Shown piece by piece: positions 26,748 through 36,364 of a DNA stretch of 64,000 bases. How positions within the stretch are numbered: the stretch's first letter is position 1; each line of letters begins with the position of its first letter. The position numbers and the translations under genes are program-made. The DNA comes from Patescibacteria group bacterium (GTDB lineage Bacteria; Patescibacteriota; Microgenomatia; UBA8517), in contig JBBRBD010000005.1 in assembly GCA_038206135.1 (NCBI GenBank), positions 467-64,466 on the forward strand. Reading direction: 5' to 3'. The notes beneath the pieces are model-generated. The model searched no databases. It saw only the letters and a program-made list of their open reading frames with translations, and was not told the DNA's origin.

Positions 26748-27368
26748 ATGAAGGCCCCAAAACCCTTAACTGATGTAATTGGCTCGTTTGAAAAACTTCC
26801 GGGCGTTGGTCCCAAAACGGCACAGCGTTTAGCTTACTATTTATTGCATGTTCCGCAAAATGAGCTTGATTCGTTTGCTTTTGCCCTTACCAACTTAAGG
26901 AAAAACACAGTGCTTTGTGAAATCTGTAAAAATGTAGCTGAAAGTGACCCGTGTCCTGTTTGTGCTGATACAACTCGTGACGCTTCTGTTATTTTAGTTG
27001 TAGAACAACCACTGGATATTTTGGCGTTTGAAAAAACTGGAAAGTATCACGGGATGTATCATGTTCTTCATGGTTCAATTAATCCGCTTGATAACATTGG
27101 TCCAGACGAAATTTTCTTGGAACAGGTGATTACCCGTGCAGGAGTTGCAGATCATTCAGTAAAAGAAATAATTATTGCAACTAATCCAACAATGGAAGGG
27201 GAAGCTACTGCGATGTACCTAACAAGAAGACTGAGAGATGCCGTTCCTTCAAACGGATTTACTTTAGAAATCACTCGCCTTGGCATGGGAATTCCAACTG
27301 GCGCATATTTAGAATTTGCGGATGAAACAACTTTAACTCGAGCGATTGAAGGAAGAAGATCTTTGTAA
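26748..27368 (+). CDS. recR: Recombination protein RecR
   Basis: LPGVGPKTAQRL, C4 zinc finger, YHVLHG, ATNPTMEGEATA, ADETTL. Confidence 0.97.
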   Translation: MKAPKPLTDVIGSFEKLPGVGPKTAQRLAYYLLHVPQNELDSFAFALTNLRKNTVLCEICKNVAESDPCPVCADTTRDASVILVVEQPLDILAFEKTGKYHGMYHVLHGSINPLDNIGPDEIFLEQVITRAGVADHSVKEIIIATNPTMEGEATAMYLTRRLRDAVPSNGFTLEITRLGMGIPTGAYLEFADETTLTRAIEGRRSL

Positions 27369-27370
27369 CT

Positions 27371-27859
27371 ATGGCGGCACAAACAGTTCTTACAAAAGGA
27401 ACACAAGTCACGAAGCAGACTGCTCAGGCAGTCGCTCGCGTCATTGCCACACAAACGCATGAAACGCTAAAAACGGCACAAGATCAGGTGGGTTTACCCA
27501 GATCTGAAAACTTGCCAGTATCTGAACGTCCACAGGAAACTGAGTCTTTTCAAGAAAGTGTTGAACAATTTGTGCCACAACTTGACCGAGTTCAAATTGC
27601 AAATCAGGAACGAGCAATGCTCTCACAGCTAGAAGCAAAACTAGCACAGATTAGAGCACGGAAAACGCAGGAGCTCGCTTCATACAAAGATGCACAGCAA
27701 AGCAAAATGGATTCACAAACTAATGCGAGCGCTCAACAAGAAGTTGTGGAACCACAAGGAAAAGTTAGAAAAGCGATGGGGAAGGCCAAAAAAGCAATTA
27801 CAAACCTCATCTCAAACAGGAAACAGGGAGAGTCAAAACAAGGTGCAGGGAAAGGATAA
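27371..27859 (+). CDS. Hypothetical Gln/Lys-rich helical protein
   Basis: 162-aa ORF tightly packed between recR and the next gene. Confidence 0.65.
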   Translation: MAAQTVLTKGTQVTKQTAQAVARVIATQTHETLKTAQDQVGLPRSENLPVSERPQETESFQESVEQFVPQLDRVQIANQERAMLSQLEAKLAQIRARKTQELASYKDAQQSKMDSQTNASAQQEVVEPQGKVRKAMGKAKKAITNLISNRKQGESKQGAGKG

Positions 27860-27862
27860 TAA

Positions 27863-28987
27863 ATGGCTCAAATTTTCAAAGGAGTAAAAATTCTCGATTT
27901 GACCAAAGTCTTTAGCGGTCCTTTCGCGACTAGAATGTTCGCTGACTATGGAGCAGAAGTTATCAAAGTTGAAAATAAGGATGCACCAGATGATGCTCGC
28001 TTTTTCCCTCCACTTGTTAAGAACTGGAGCGGGTATTTTGAAATTTTGAATAGAAACAAAAAGGCTATTGCTCTGAACTTAAAAGAACCAGATCAATTAG
28101 CAAAACTATATCAGCTTGTCTCCAGTTGTGATGTCTTCGTCGAAAATTTATCTCCAAAAACTAAATTTTCATTGAAAATTGATTATCAGACGTTAGTTAA
28201 AATAAACCCAAGAATAATTTATGCTTCACTTTCTGGATTGGGAAAAAATTCTGAAAGAAAATATTACGACATAATTGCGCAAGCAGAGAGCGGCATGATG
28301 TCCCTTACTGGAGCTCCCGACATGCCTACAAAGATTGGTCCCGCAGTAGTTGATGCATTTTCTGGTATGACACTCGCTTTCTCAATTAGCGCAGCTTTGT
28401 TTTACAGAGAGAAGACTGGGAAAGGACAATCTATTGAGGTTTCAATGCGGGGGGCTGCTATGAATCTATTAGAAAGTAATCTAATTGGGTATTCAGTAAC
28501 GAAGAAAGATCCGCTAAGGACCGGGAATATTGATAATTTAATCTCGCCTTTTGGAGTCTACAACGCAGGAGGCACAAAAATTGCTCTAGCTATTGGAAGC
28601 GATACTCTGTGGGAAAAGTTTATTGCCTTTTCGACAGATTTAGGAATTGTGATCTCGCCTGAAAATTTTGGAAATAATGGAGATAGACTCAAACATAGTG
28701 CTGAGCTGACGTCTATAATTGAGCGAGTATTTCTGAAGACAAAGGCAGAGACTATTATTAAAAAATTAACTGAACTTGGAATTCCATGTGCCCAGGTACA
28801 AAACATGTCAGATGTTGCAAGTGATTCTGAAAATTTCGATCGTGAGTTTCTGAAAAAAGTAAAGATAAAAGGGAATGAATATATAGTACCGGGCCAAAGC
28901 ATTGTTTTTTCAGAAAATCCAGAAATTAAATATAAGAACGCTCCGATAATTGGTGAAGATAACGATAAATATGGAGTATCGTTTTGA
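27863..28987 (+). CDS. Family III CoA-transferase (CaiB/BaiF)
   Basis: GVKILDLT..SGPFAT, DYGAEVIKVE, NRNKK, DVFVEN, INPRIIYAS, catalytic Asp in VVDAFSG. Confidence 0.92.
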   Translation: MAQIFKGVKILDLTKVFSGPFATRMFADYGAEVIKVENKDAPDDARFFPPLVKNWSGYFEILNRNKKAIALNLKEPDQLAKLYQLVSSCDVFVENLSPKTKFSLKIDYQTLVKINPRIIYASLSGLGKNSERKYYDIIAQAESGMMSLTGAPDMPTKIGPAVVDAFSGMTLAFSISAALFYREKTGKGQSIEVSMRGAAMNLLESNLIGYSVTKKDPLRTGNIDNLISPFGVYNAGGTKIALAIGSDTLWEKFIAFSTDLGIVISPENFGNNGDRLKHSAELTSIIERVFLKTKAETIIKKLTELGIPCAQVQNMSDVASDSENFDREFLKKVKIKGNEYIVPGQSIVFSENPEIKYKNAPIIGEDNDKYGVSF

Positions 28988-29921
28988 ATCGTTACAACCT
29001 AAATATTTGACTGGTTTTGAAAACCTTATAAAGTCCTCCTTTCCTTTGCAAAGTAACGACAGTATGTTACTCATAAATTGGAAGTTTTTAACTTCACGGG
29101 ATAATCGGGATGCGGTAAGTTTTGTCGCCATAGACGCTAATGATAACGTAGTTAGCCAATATTCAAATATTCCCATTATTGTTTCTTATAAAAATCAAAA
29201 TTTTTCTGCAATGGTATGTGCAGATATGGCAACACTTTTGGAACACAGGGGAAATAAACTGATTTCAACGCTTTCTAAGAAAGTATATGAAAAGGTGGTG
29301 AATGATGGTGTGATTGTAAGTATTGGTTATTCAAACCAACTAGGAGTGAAAGTTGACAAGAATGCTTTTGGTTACGGATACCAAGTGGTTGGAGAGTTTA
29401 CACGTTTTGTCAAAATAATATTAATATACTCGAAAACTAAACTGATATTGAAACTGGTCAAAGATTTTAAAAAAAATTTTGTACCTAAAAACACAACATA
29501 TTTTCGAGTATTTAAAAATTATGAATATTTAAAATGGCGATATGTTGATAAGCCAGACAATAGATATCGTATATTTGAAGTTAACGAGAATAATATATTG
29601 ATAGGATATGTCGTTTTGTTAGAGTTCAGAACTCGTCTTTATGTATACGATATTATTCTTTATGACAATGATGTAAAGATTTACAAGGAAGTACTTAAAT
29701 CTATACAAAATTACTCAAAAGAGAGACATATTTATATCGTGGTGTATCGAGTACTTGATAATAGTTTTTGGAATGAAGTATTTAAAAATGAAAACTACAT
29801 AAAAAAGACTCCTAAAAAGATTCAGTACTATCTAACTGTAAAAGTTCATAACAATCATGAAGTCTCACCTGAAATACTAAAAAAAGACTTTTGGATTTCA
29901 ATAAATGGTGATATTTACTAA
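28971..29921 (+). CDS. GNAT-family N-acetyltransferase (AT-rich)
   Basis: ADMATLLEHRGNKL acetyl-CoA motif, YLKWRYVDKP. Confidence 0.75.
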   Translation: MEYRFESLQPKYLTGFENLIKSSFPLQSNDSMLLINWKFLTSRDNRDAVSFVAIDANDNVVSQYSNIPIIVSYKNQNFSAMVCADMATLLEHRGNKLISTLSKKVYEKVVNDGVIVSIGYSNQLGVKVDKNAFGYGYQVVGEFTRFVKIILIYSKTKLILKLVKDFKKNFVPKNTTYFRVFKNYEYLKWRYVDKPDNRYRIFEVNENNILIGYVVLLEFRTRLYVYDIILYDNDVKIYKEVLKSIQNYSKERHIYIVVYRVLDNSFWNEVFKNENYIKKTPKKIQYYLTVKVHNNHEVSPEILKKDFWISINGDIY

Positions 29922-29957
29922 CACTACTTTTGTAGTATGATTGCCCTAAGCTCAGAT

Positions 29958-31400
29958 ATGAAACTATATAACTCACTTTCAAAAAATATCGAAGAATTTG
30001 TTCCATTAAATGCTCCTCACGTGGGGATGTACACCTGTGGACCCACTGTTTATTCGTATGCAACAATCGGCAATTTCCGTACCTATTTGACGAGTGATTT
30101 AGTTGTACGGGCTTTGAAATTCAGTGGGTACAATGTCGAATTTATTATGAATTTAACTGATGTGGGACATTTAACAGGTGACAATGAAGGGGATGCAGAC
30201 ACAGGGGAAGATCGATTAGAAAAATCTGCCAAAAAAGAAGGAAAAACAGCTTGGGATATTGCGGACTTTTACACCAAAGCATTTATAAAAGATTTTGATG
30301 AATTAAATCTTACTAAACCTCAGAGTTTCATGAAGGCTACGGAACATATTCCAGAGCAAATCGAACTTATACAAAGACTACAAAAAAATGGTTTTGTATA
30401 TCAAATAAGTGATGGATTATATTTTGATACCGTGTCATACGAAAAGATAACTGGAAGAAAATATGGAGAACTTTCAAGTTTAGATAAAATTCTTGAAGGT
30501 GCTCGAGTTGAGCCGAATTTAGAAAAGAAAAACCCTCGAGATTTTGCATTGTGGAAGTTTTCGCCAGAAAATCAAAAGCGCCAAATGGAGTGGGATAGTC
30601 CGTGGGGAATTGGGTTCCCTGGTTGGCACATTGAATGTTCTGCAATGAGTATGGAGAAGCTTGGCGAAACTTTTGATATACACACGGGAGGGGAAGATTT
30701 GCGTGCAACTCATCATCCAAACGAAATTGCTCAAAGCGAAGGAGCCACGGGAAAACTTTTTGTGAAATATTGGATGCACAGCGCCTTTTTGAAAGTAGAT
30801 GGAAAAAGAATGGGGAAGAGTTTGGGGAATGCATATACTCTTACTGAAGTGAAAGAAAAAGGATATGACGCGATGGCACTGCGATATTTTTATATGACCG
30901 GCCACTATCGAAGCCCTTTGAATTTCACCTGGGAAGCGCTGAGCGCTGCACAGAATGCGTTAAATAAATTGCGTGCAACTTTTGCTTCCACCGAAAAGTT
31001 AGATGAAGAAATGCGCACAGAACTTTCTGAAGAGAAACTCCAAAAAATTACGGATTTTCGGCAAAAATTTACACAGAGTTTGAATGATGACTTAAATACT
31101 TCAGAGATGCTGTCTGTTTTGTGGGAAGTTGCAAAAAGTAATATTCCAAGTCCTGACAAACGAGATTTACTGTTACTATTTGATGAAGTATTGGGACTTC
31201 AACTAGATGTAAAACCTGAAGAGGGTCCAGTTCCTTCAGACGTGTTAGATTTGTTTGAAAAACGCAAAATTGCTCGAGAGAACAAGGCTTTTTTTGAAAG
31301 CGATACGCTTCGTGATCAAATTAGTGCAAAGGGTTATACTGTAAAAGATTCACCAGATGGAACCTCAAAACTCTCAAAAAGCTTTACTTTCAAAGATTAA
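29958..31400 (+). CDS. cysS: Cysteinyl-tRNA synthetase
   Basis: MYTCGPTVY, DFALWK, GFPGWHIECSAM, DIHTGG, KRMGKSLGN, DDLNT. Confidence 0.97.
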   Translation: MKLYNSLSKNIEEFVPLNAPHVGMYTCGPTVYSYATIGNFRTYLTSDLVVRALKFSGYNVEFIMNLTDVGHLTGDNEGDADTGEDRLEKSAKKEGKTAWDIADFYTKAFIKDFDELNLTKPQSFMKATEHIPEQIELIQRLQKNGFVYQISDGLYFDTVSYEKITGRKYGELSSLDKILEGARVEPNLEKKNPRDFALWKFSPENQKRQMEWDSPWGIGFPGWHIECSAMSMEKLGETFDIHTGGEDLRATHHPNEIAQSEGATGKLFVKYWMHSAFLKVDGKRMGKSLGNAYTLTEVKEKGYDAMALRYFYMTGHYRSPLNFTWEALSAAQNALNKLRATFASTEKLDEEMRTELSEEKLQKITDFRQKFTQSLNDDLNTSEMLSVLWEVAKSNIPSPDKRDLLLLFDEVLGLQLDVKPEEGPVPSDVLDLFEKRKIARENKAFFESDTLRDQISAKGYTVKDSPDGTSKLSKSFTFKD

Positions 31401-32028
31401 CCTCATTCTTATTGTACTTTTAAATGCGTGTTTATTATTCTTGTTTATAAATTATATAAAGCAAGGCCAACAGCTTACATTTAATATAAAACGCATTGAT
31501 GAACTTGAAAAAAGGCCAATTGCAGTATCCACACTGTCTATTCCTGAAGCGGGTGAAAGCGGACGAGTAGCTACTTTGGCACCCACAGTAATTCCTGGGA
31601 CGACACTACTTCCAACAGCTACTCCAAAGCCTACGGTAACTCCAAAGCCGTTACTCAATAAATCGAGCGTGAGCTACTTGCCGATATATGGGGGAAACGC
31701 ACAGACAACAAGCACTAACTGGGTTGATGTTGTGGGGAGTGATTTTCAGCTTAAGTCGTCAGATTATGGCAGTTCAGCATATTTCACTTGGGAAGCTATA
31801 TCCTATTTAATCGGAGGGAGTGGCGAGGCGAGACTACGTATTTATGACACTACAAATAACGTTGTTGTATCGGGAAGCGAAATATCAGCGACAGCAGAAA
31901 AACCAACACTTGTGCTTTCAGGACGACTTAATTTTTTTAGTGGAAACAATACGTACAGAGTCCAAATTTCAAGCCTCACTAGTTCCACCGCAGAGTTTGA
32001 TTTTGGTAGGGTGAAAGTCACGTATTAA
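31357..32028 (+). CDS. Membrane-anchored protein with Pro/Thr linker and beta-rich domain
   Basis: N-terminal TM, PTATPKPTVTPKP linker. Confidence 0.7.
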   Translation: MEPQNSQKALLSKINLILIVLLNACLLFLFINYIKQGQQLTFNIKRIDELEKRPIAVSTLSIPEAGESGRVATLAPTVIPGTTLLPTATPKPTVTPKPLLNKSSVSYLPIYGGNAQTTSTNWVDVVGSDFQLKSSDYGSSAYFTWEAISYLIGGSGEARLRIYDTTNNVVVSGSEISATAEKPTLVLSGRLNFFSGNNTYRVQISSLTSSTAEFDFGRVKVTY

Positions 32029-32097
32029 ATTCCCTCAATTTACCTTTAAAAAAAAGAGTCCTTTGCTATTTTTGAAATAAGTATCATACAATGAGTA

Positions 32098-32970
32098 ATG
32101 AGATATTTGCGTATCATTGCTATTGCCAGTGCATTTGTTTTCTTCCTTGCTGGAATTGTTTCTGTTCATGCCCAGGATGCTTCAACTTCAGCATTAACAG
32201 TATCTCCAAGTGCTACACCTGAAGTGTTTGACTATGCAAAGGCATACAAGGATTATGTTTTTGTAACGGACCAATACAATAATGCACATTCCTCATATCT
32301 GCTTGCGAAGGCACAATATTCACAAGCACAAACTCTTGCATCACAAACGAAGGCACAGGAAGCAACGGCTGCAATGATTACCGCTCGTGATTCTGTGATG
32401 AAAGCATACTTAGTTGCATTGCGCTTGCGACTTTCTGAGACAGAAGGCGTAAGTGATACATCAAAACAAGGGTTGTATTCAAGAATTGATACAGATGTTT
32501 CTTGGTGGGCAACGCATCACGATAGAATTGACAGTGCCGCAAGTTTGACAGACTTAACAGCTGACTCAAGTGATGCGCAAAAGCATTTCCCTACAACAGA
32601 AGTACTCTCATATGAAGTTTTGTCTACCATTCCTCAAGGAAAGGAATTTTCATTAAGAACTCGACTGATAGACTTACTGGGGAGAACCAAAAGCGTAATT
32701 ACAAAGGTTCGCTCCAATGGTGATTTAGATACAACGGAAGCGGAACGCTGGACATTACAAACTGATCAAAAATTGACAAGAAGCCAAGATAAAGAAATTG
32801 CGGCACAATCCTTAATTGCCACGTTGTCTTCAACAGACTCTCGTGTTGCACAACTAAACAAAGCAAATACGTATAGCCAAGTTACGTCGACCCTTGGAGA
32901 ATCGCTTCAATATTTGAAAGAGGCAAGTAGCTACTTAAAAGAAGTTTTAAAACGTATAAAATTTAAATAA
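32098..32970 (+). CDS. Secreted alpha-helical hypothetical protein
   Basis: Signal peptide ending VHA; TACAAT 5 nt before ATG. Confidence 0.75.
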   Translation: MRYLRIIAIASAFVFFLAGIVSVHAQDASTSALTVSPSATPEVFDYAKAYKDYVFVTDQYNNAHSSYLLAKAQYSQAQTLASQTKAQEATAAMITARDSVMKAYLVALRLRLSETEGVSDTSKQGLYSRIDTDVSWWATHHDRIDSAASLTDLTADSSDAQKHFPTTEVLSYEVLSTIPQGKEFSLRTRLIDLLGRTKSVITKVRSNGDLDTTEAERWTLQTDQKLTRSQDKEIAAQSLIATLSSTDSRVAQLNKANTYSQVTSTLGESLQYLKEASSYLKEVLKRIKFK

Positions 32971-32971
32971 T

Positions 32972-33511
32972 ATGAACGAAACGACTAATAATCCATTGCA
33001 GCAACAACCAGTTATCTCTGGTAAACCAAGTGTTCCAAGTGCGGTAGCTGCTCCAGTTCTCCCAATGAGTACAACTACAACTCCTGTAGTCACTCCTATT
33101 CAAACACCGGTGAATGAGGGTGTTCCACCTGTATCACCAGTTGGTCCTAGAAAATTAAATATTCCAAAAATAGATTTTAAGCAGATTCCTACAATGCTCA
33201 AAAAAATGCCTAAAAAGTTTAAGATCATGGGCGGATTTGTTTTACTATTATTAATATTGTTAATTCTTGCTAGTTTTACAAAGAAAGGAAGACAAGTAAC
33301 ACAACTTATCCTGCCTTCACCAAGTCCGATTCCAGCTTCAAGTCCAGTTGGAGAGGTGCTTATTCCTACACAATACGCAACAGACACTGAAGTGCTTGAT
33401 ATCGAAAAAACATTAAACACTTTTGATGGAAATCTTTCAGGCACAAGCTTGAGTGAAGATAGTTTGAGGATTCCTGTCCTTGATTATGGAGTTGACTTTA
33501 CGAAGAAATAG
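32972..33511 (+). CDS. Pro-rich single-TM hypothetical protein
   Basis: Pro/Thr-rich N-terminus, central TM. Confidence 0.7.
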   Translation: MNETTNNPLQQQPVISGKPSVPSAVAAPVLPMSTTTTPVVTPIQTPVNEGVPPVSPVGPRKLNIPKIDFKQIPTMLKKMPKKFKIMGGFVLLLLILLILASFTKKGRQVTQLILPSPSPIPASSPVGEVLIPTQYATDTEVLDIEKTLNTFDGNLSGTSLSEDSLRIPVLDYGVDFTKK

Positions 33512-33518
33512 CTTTTAG

Positions 33519-33893
33519 CTATTTGTTATCGTCTATGTTAAAACCATGCTTTTTTGCTAAATCTTCGATTATTTTGATTTTATCGCTGTCGTTGACTCTA
33601 CCCATTTTATTTTGATCAGCCACGACGGTTGCTTGCATTGCCAACGCATTTGGATTTTTAGATGTTACCAATTCTCCTTTGTCTGTAAACGGTTTTCCAT
33701 ACTTATCATCGATTAAAACAGTTTCTGGATTTTCAAGTGGAGTAATTTGTTGTGTTTCTGGGTTATCCGGCTGTGTGGCTCCATCCTCTGGCCATTCCGG
33801 AAGATTTGGTTTATTTAGTTCAGCATTAATTCTGCCTGAATCTATTTGCTGATTTGTATTTGGATCTGTGGGAGGGCTTTGTGTTTCGCTCAT
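33519..33893 (-). CDS. Hypothetical protein
   Basis: 124-aa ORF filling the gap; Pro/Asn/Asp-rich. Confidence 0.6.
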   Translation of the reverse strand: MSETQSPPTDPNTNQQIDSGRINAELNKPNLPEWPEDGATQPDNPETQQITPLENPETVLIDDKYGKPFTDKGELVTSKNPNALAMQATVVADQNKMGRVNDSDKIKIIEDLAKKHGFNIDDNK

Positions 33894-33911
33894 AACTAAC
33901 TTTAATAAAAT

Positions 33912-34484
33912 TTATTTGGTATTGCAAGTGCTTGCCCAAAGCCCTTTGTTATTAAAAATTGCATCTCGCTCACTTGCTCTAAATAGCTCTTGTTTTGAGA
34001 TATCAGGGGGATAGCTCACCGCATGTGCATATCCACTCAGTACTAAAGTGTTATTAAAAAGCTCATCACCGACATATACATAGCGGAGAAGTCTTCCAAA
34101 ATGATCAGTTTCAGACACATCTTTAACTAATCGCACTTCTTGATTTAATAAACGGGATTTTGTGTAAGCAGAAGCTTCTTTTCCATAACACTGTACCGGT
34201 TTCCTCGGGTCGACTGTTTCTGGGGTATCAACGCCAATCAATCTAACCTTTTGCCCGGTATCTATGACTATTGTGTCACCATCTACTACTCTGGTAACTT
34301 TAAAAACCTCACCAGTTTGTGCTCCAAGAACAGGGGAGACTGTTAAGCCTGGATTTGGAGAAGGGGCAAGTGTTGTTCTTTTTGGAAGTGTGGCGTTACT
34401 CGTTTGAAAAACTGAAAAAGTAACAATGAAAATGGAAATTATATACGCGACTAATGTTTTCTTCTTTCTCGGTATTCTAAGCAT
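33912..34484 (-). CDS. Thermonuclease (SNase-like), membrane-anchored
   Basis: VTRVVDGDT, VRLIGVDTPE, DHFGRLLRYV, LVLSGYA, GLW. Confidence 0.93.
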   Translation of the reverse strand: MLRIPRKKKTLVAYIISIFIVTFSVFQTSNATLPKRTTLAPSPNPGLTVSPVLGAQTGEVFKVTRVVDGDTIVIDTGQKVRLIGVDTPETVDPRKPVQCYGKEASAYTKSRLLNQEVRLVKDVSETDHFGRLLRYVYVGDELFNNTLVLSGYAHAVSYPPDISKQELFRASERDAIFNNKGLWASTCNTK

Positions 34485-34516
34485 ATAAATATTAAGTTAT
34501 CATACAGGAAACACGT

Positions 34517-36346
34517 ATGAAGCGCCTAGTCTTAATTCTGGTAAGTATTGTATTTTTTGTGATCCCAAAAAATGTTTTTTCAAAAGATTACAATATTTCA
34601 GTCGTCGACTTTGATATCTCAATTTTGAAGACCGGTCAGGCTCTTGTAACAGAAACGAGAACATACAATTTTTCAGGGCAGTATACCTGGGCAGAAATGG
34701 ATCGTGATTTAACTTCTCGCTGCGTTAGTTGTGAGGCTCCTGTTATTTCTAATCTGGTAATTTACGATAATGGACGGAAACTAAATCCGAATGAATTTCA
34801 GATTTCAAAGTCAGGGAACATCTGGCATCTTCGCTGGAATTATGTGGGGAATAATGACCAACATATTTTCAAAATGGAATATGTATTGAATAATGCTGTT
34901 GTAAATCACGCAAACTCTGCAGAGTTTTACTGGCAACTGATTGGAAACAAATGGCCTCAAGGAAGCGGTGTAGTTCATGCGAAAATCTCATTTCCGACAG
35001 CAGAGCCGGTTGATCAAGTCTGGGCCTTTGGACATGGACCAGTAAATGGAAAAGTTGCGATTCCCACTAATACCTATGCGACCTTTGATGCTACAAGTCT
35101 CCCTTCAAAAACCTTTTTTGAAGTGCGAATGTTATTTCCAAAGCTTCAAGCTGCAATTCCTACTGATAATATGACGAATGAAGCAATTTTTGCAGAAGAA
35201 AAAAGCTTTCAAGCTACAACAAAATTAAATTCAGCGGGAAGCGTAGCAATAGCTGCGCTTTTTTTGATAATTTCAGTTGGAGGAATTGGTATAACTCTAT
35301 ATTGGGCACTTCAGTGGTATAAGTATGGATACGATTTGCCGGTCCCTAAAATTAATTTAGCAGGCTCGCTACATGAACCACCATCTGATCTTGAACCGGC
35401 ACTTGTCGAAGGACTGATGAGCTGGAACCAAAAAATTAGTAGTAAGTCTATTGTTGCGACGGTTGTGGAACTTGCACGTCGAAAGGTAATTAAAATTGAA
35501 ACGATCAAAAAAGATCCGATTCTCGGAATATTCACCCAAAACCCGGAGGTTGTTTTTACGATTATAAGTAAGTCTGCTAAACAATCCTTTTTGGAGAAAA
35601 AGCTCATGGCATATTTATTTGAAGGTCAAGACACGATGTCTTTATCAAACATTAAATTAAAACCGAAAAATGATCCTCATCAGGCAAAGAAATTCTGGAG
35701 CGATTGGCAAGACACAATACCCGCGCTTCTAGGCAAAGAAGGATATATCACTGAAGAAAGTATTATAAATAAAAATAAACTCAAAACCACACAAAATATT
35801 GTTTATATTGCGGGGTTTGTTGGCGTCTTCTTTGGAATTCGCTTTATCGCAGAATTTCCAATTTCAGTAAGTTTTAAAATTGAATTTATTGCAACAGCTT
35901 TTGTTTTACTTATTTGTGGAACTTTTCTTTTATTGATTGAAAACAGTATGTATAAACGCACAAATAAAGGCGCTCAAGAACTCTCAGGATGGCGAGCATT
36001 CAAAAAGTTTATGAAGGATTACTCTGTAACTAAAAATTATGCTATTGATTCAGTTGTTTTGTGGGAAAAGTATTTGGTATATGGAGCAGCTCTTGGCATT
36101 TCGGCCAAAGCACTCTCAGAAATGCCTGTGAAGCTGAACGCTGACTTTGAGAAGTCTGGACTTTATTTGTATAGCGCAACAGGTTCGGCGGGACAAATCG
36201 GAAATGTTAATCAGAGTTTAAACAGTATGTTTTCTTCAATGAATAGTTCATTTGGATCATACGGAGCATCAGGTGTTGGAGGTGGCGGAGGATTCTCCGG
36301 TGGAGGTGGCGGCGGAGGCGGAGGTGGCGGTGGTGGAGCGGGGTAA
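34517..36346 (+). CDS. DUF2207-type membrane protein
   Basis: Signal peptide, AEFYWQLIG, WEKYLVYGAALG, Gly-rich GGGFSGGGGGGG tail. Confidence 0.88.
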   Translation: MKRLVLILVSIVFFVIPKNVFSKDYNISVVDFDISILKTGQALVTETRTYNFSGQYTWAEMDRDLTSRCVSCEAPVISNLVIYDNGRKLNPNEFQISKSGNIWHLRWNYVGNNDQHIFKMEYVLNNAVVNHANSAEFYWQLIGNKWPQGSGVVHAKISFPTAEPVDQVWAFGHGPVNGKVAIPTNTYATFDATSLPSKTFFEVRMLFPKLQAAIPTDNMTNEAIFAEEKSFQATTKLNSAGSVAIAALFLIISVGGIGITLYWALQWYKYGYDLPVPKINLAGSLHEPPSDLEPALVEGLMSWNQKISSKSIVATVVELARRKVIKIETIKKDPILGIFTQNPEVVFTIISKSAKQSFLEKKLMAYLFEGQDTMSLSNIKLKPKNDPHQAKKFWSDWQDTIPALLGKEGYITEESIINKNKLKTTQNIVYIAGFVGVFFGIRFIAEFPISVSFKIEFIATAFVLLICGTFLLLIENSMYKRTNKGAQELSGWRAFKKFMKDYSVTKNYAIDSVVLWEKYLVYGAALGISAKALSEMPVKLNADFEKSGLYLYSATGSAGQIGNVNQSLNSMFSSMNSSFGSYGASGVGGGGGFSGGGGGGGGGGGGGAG

Positions 36347-36364
36347 CATATAATGACTCTTTGT

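Noticed and set aside
36269-36343. GGN-rich tandem repeat and the poly-Pro antisense ORF 36211-36477
   Set aside because: This is the usual Gly-rich C-terminal tail of DUF2207-type proteins; the antisense ORF is its shadow.
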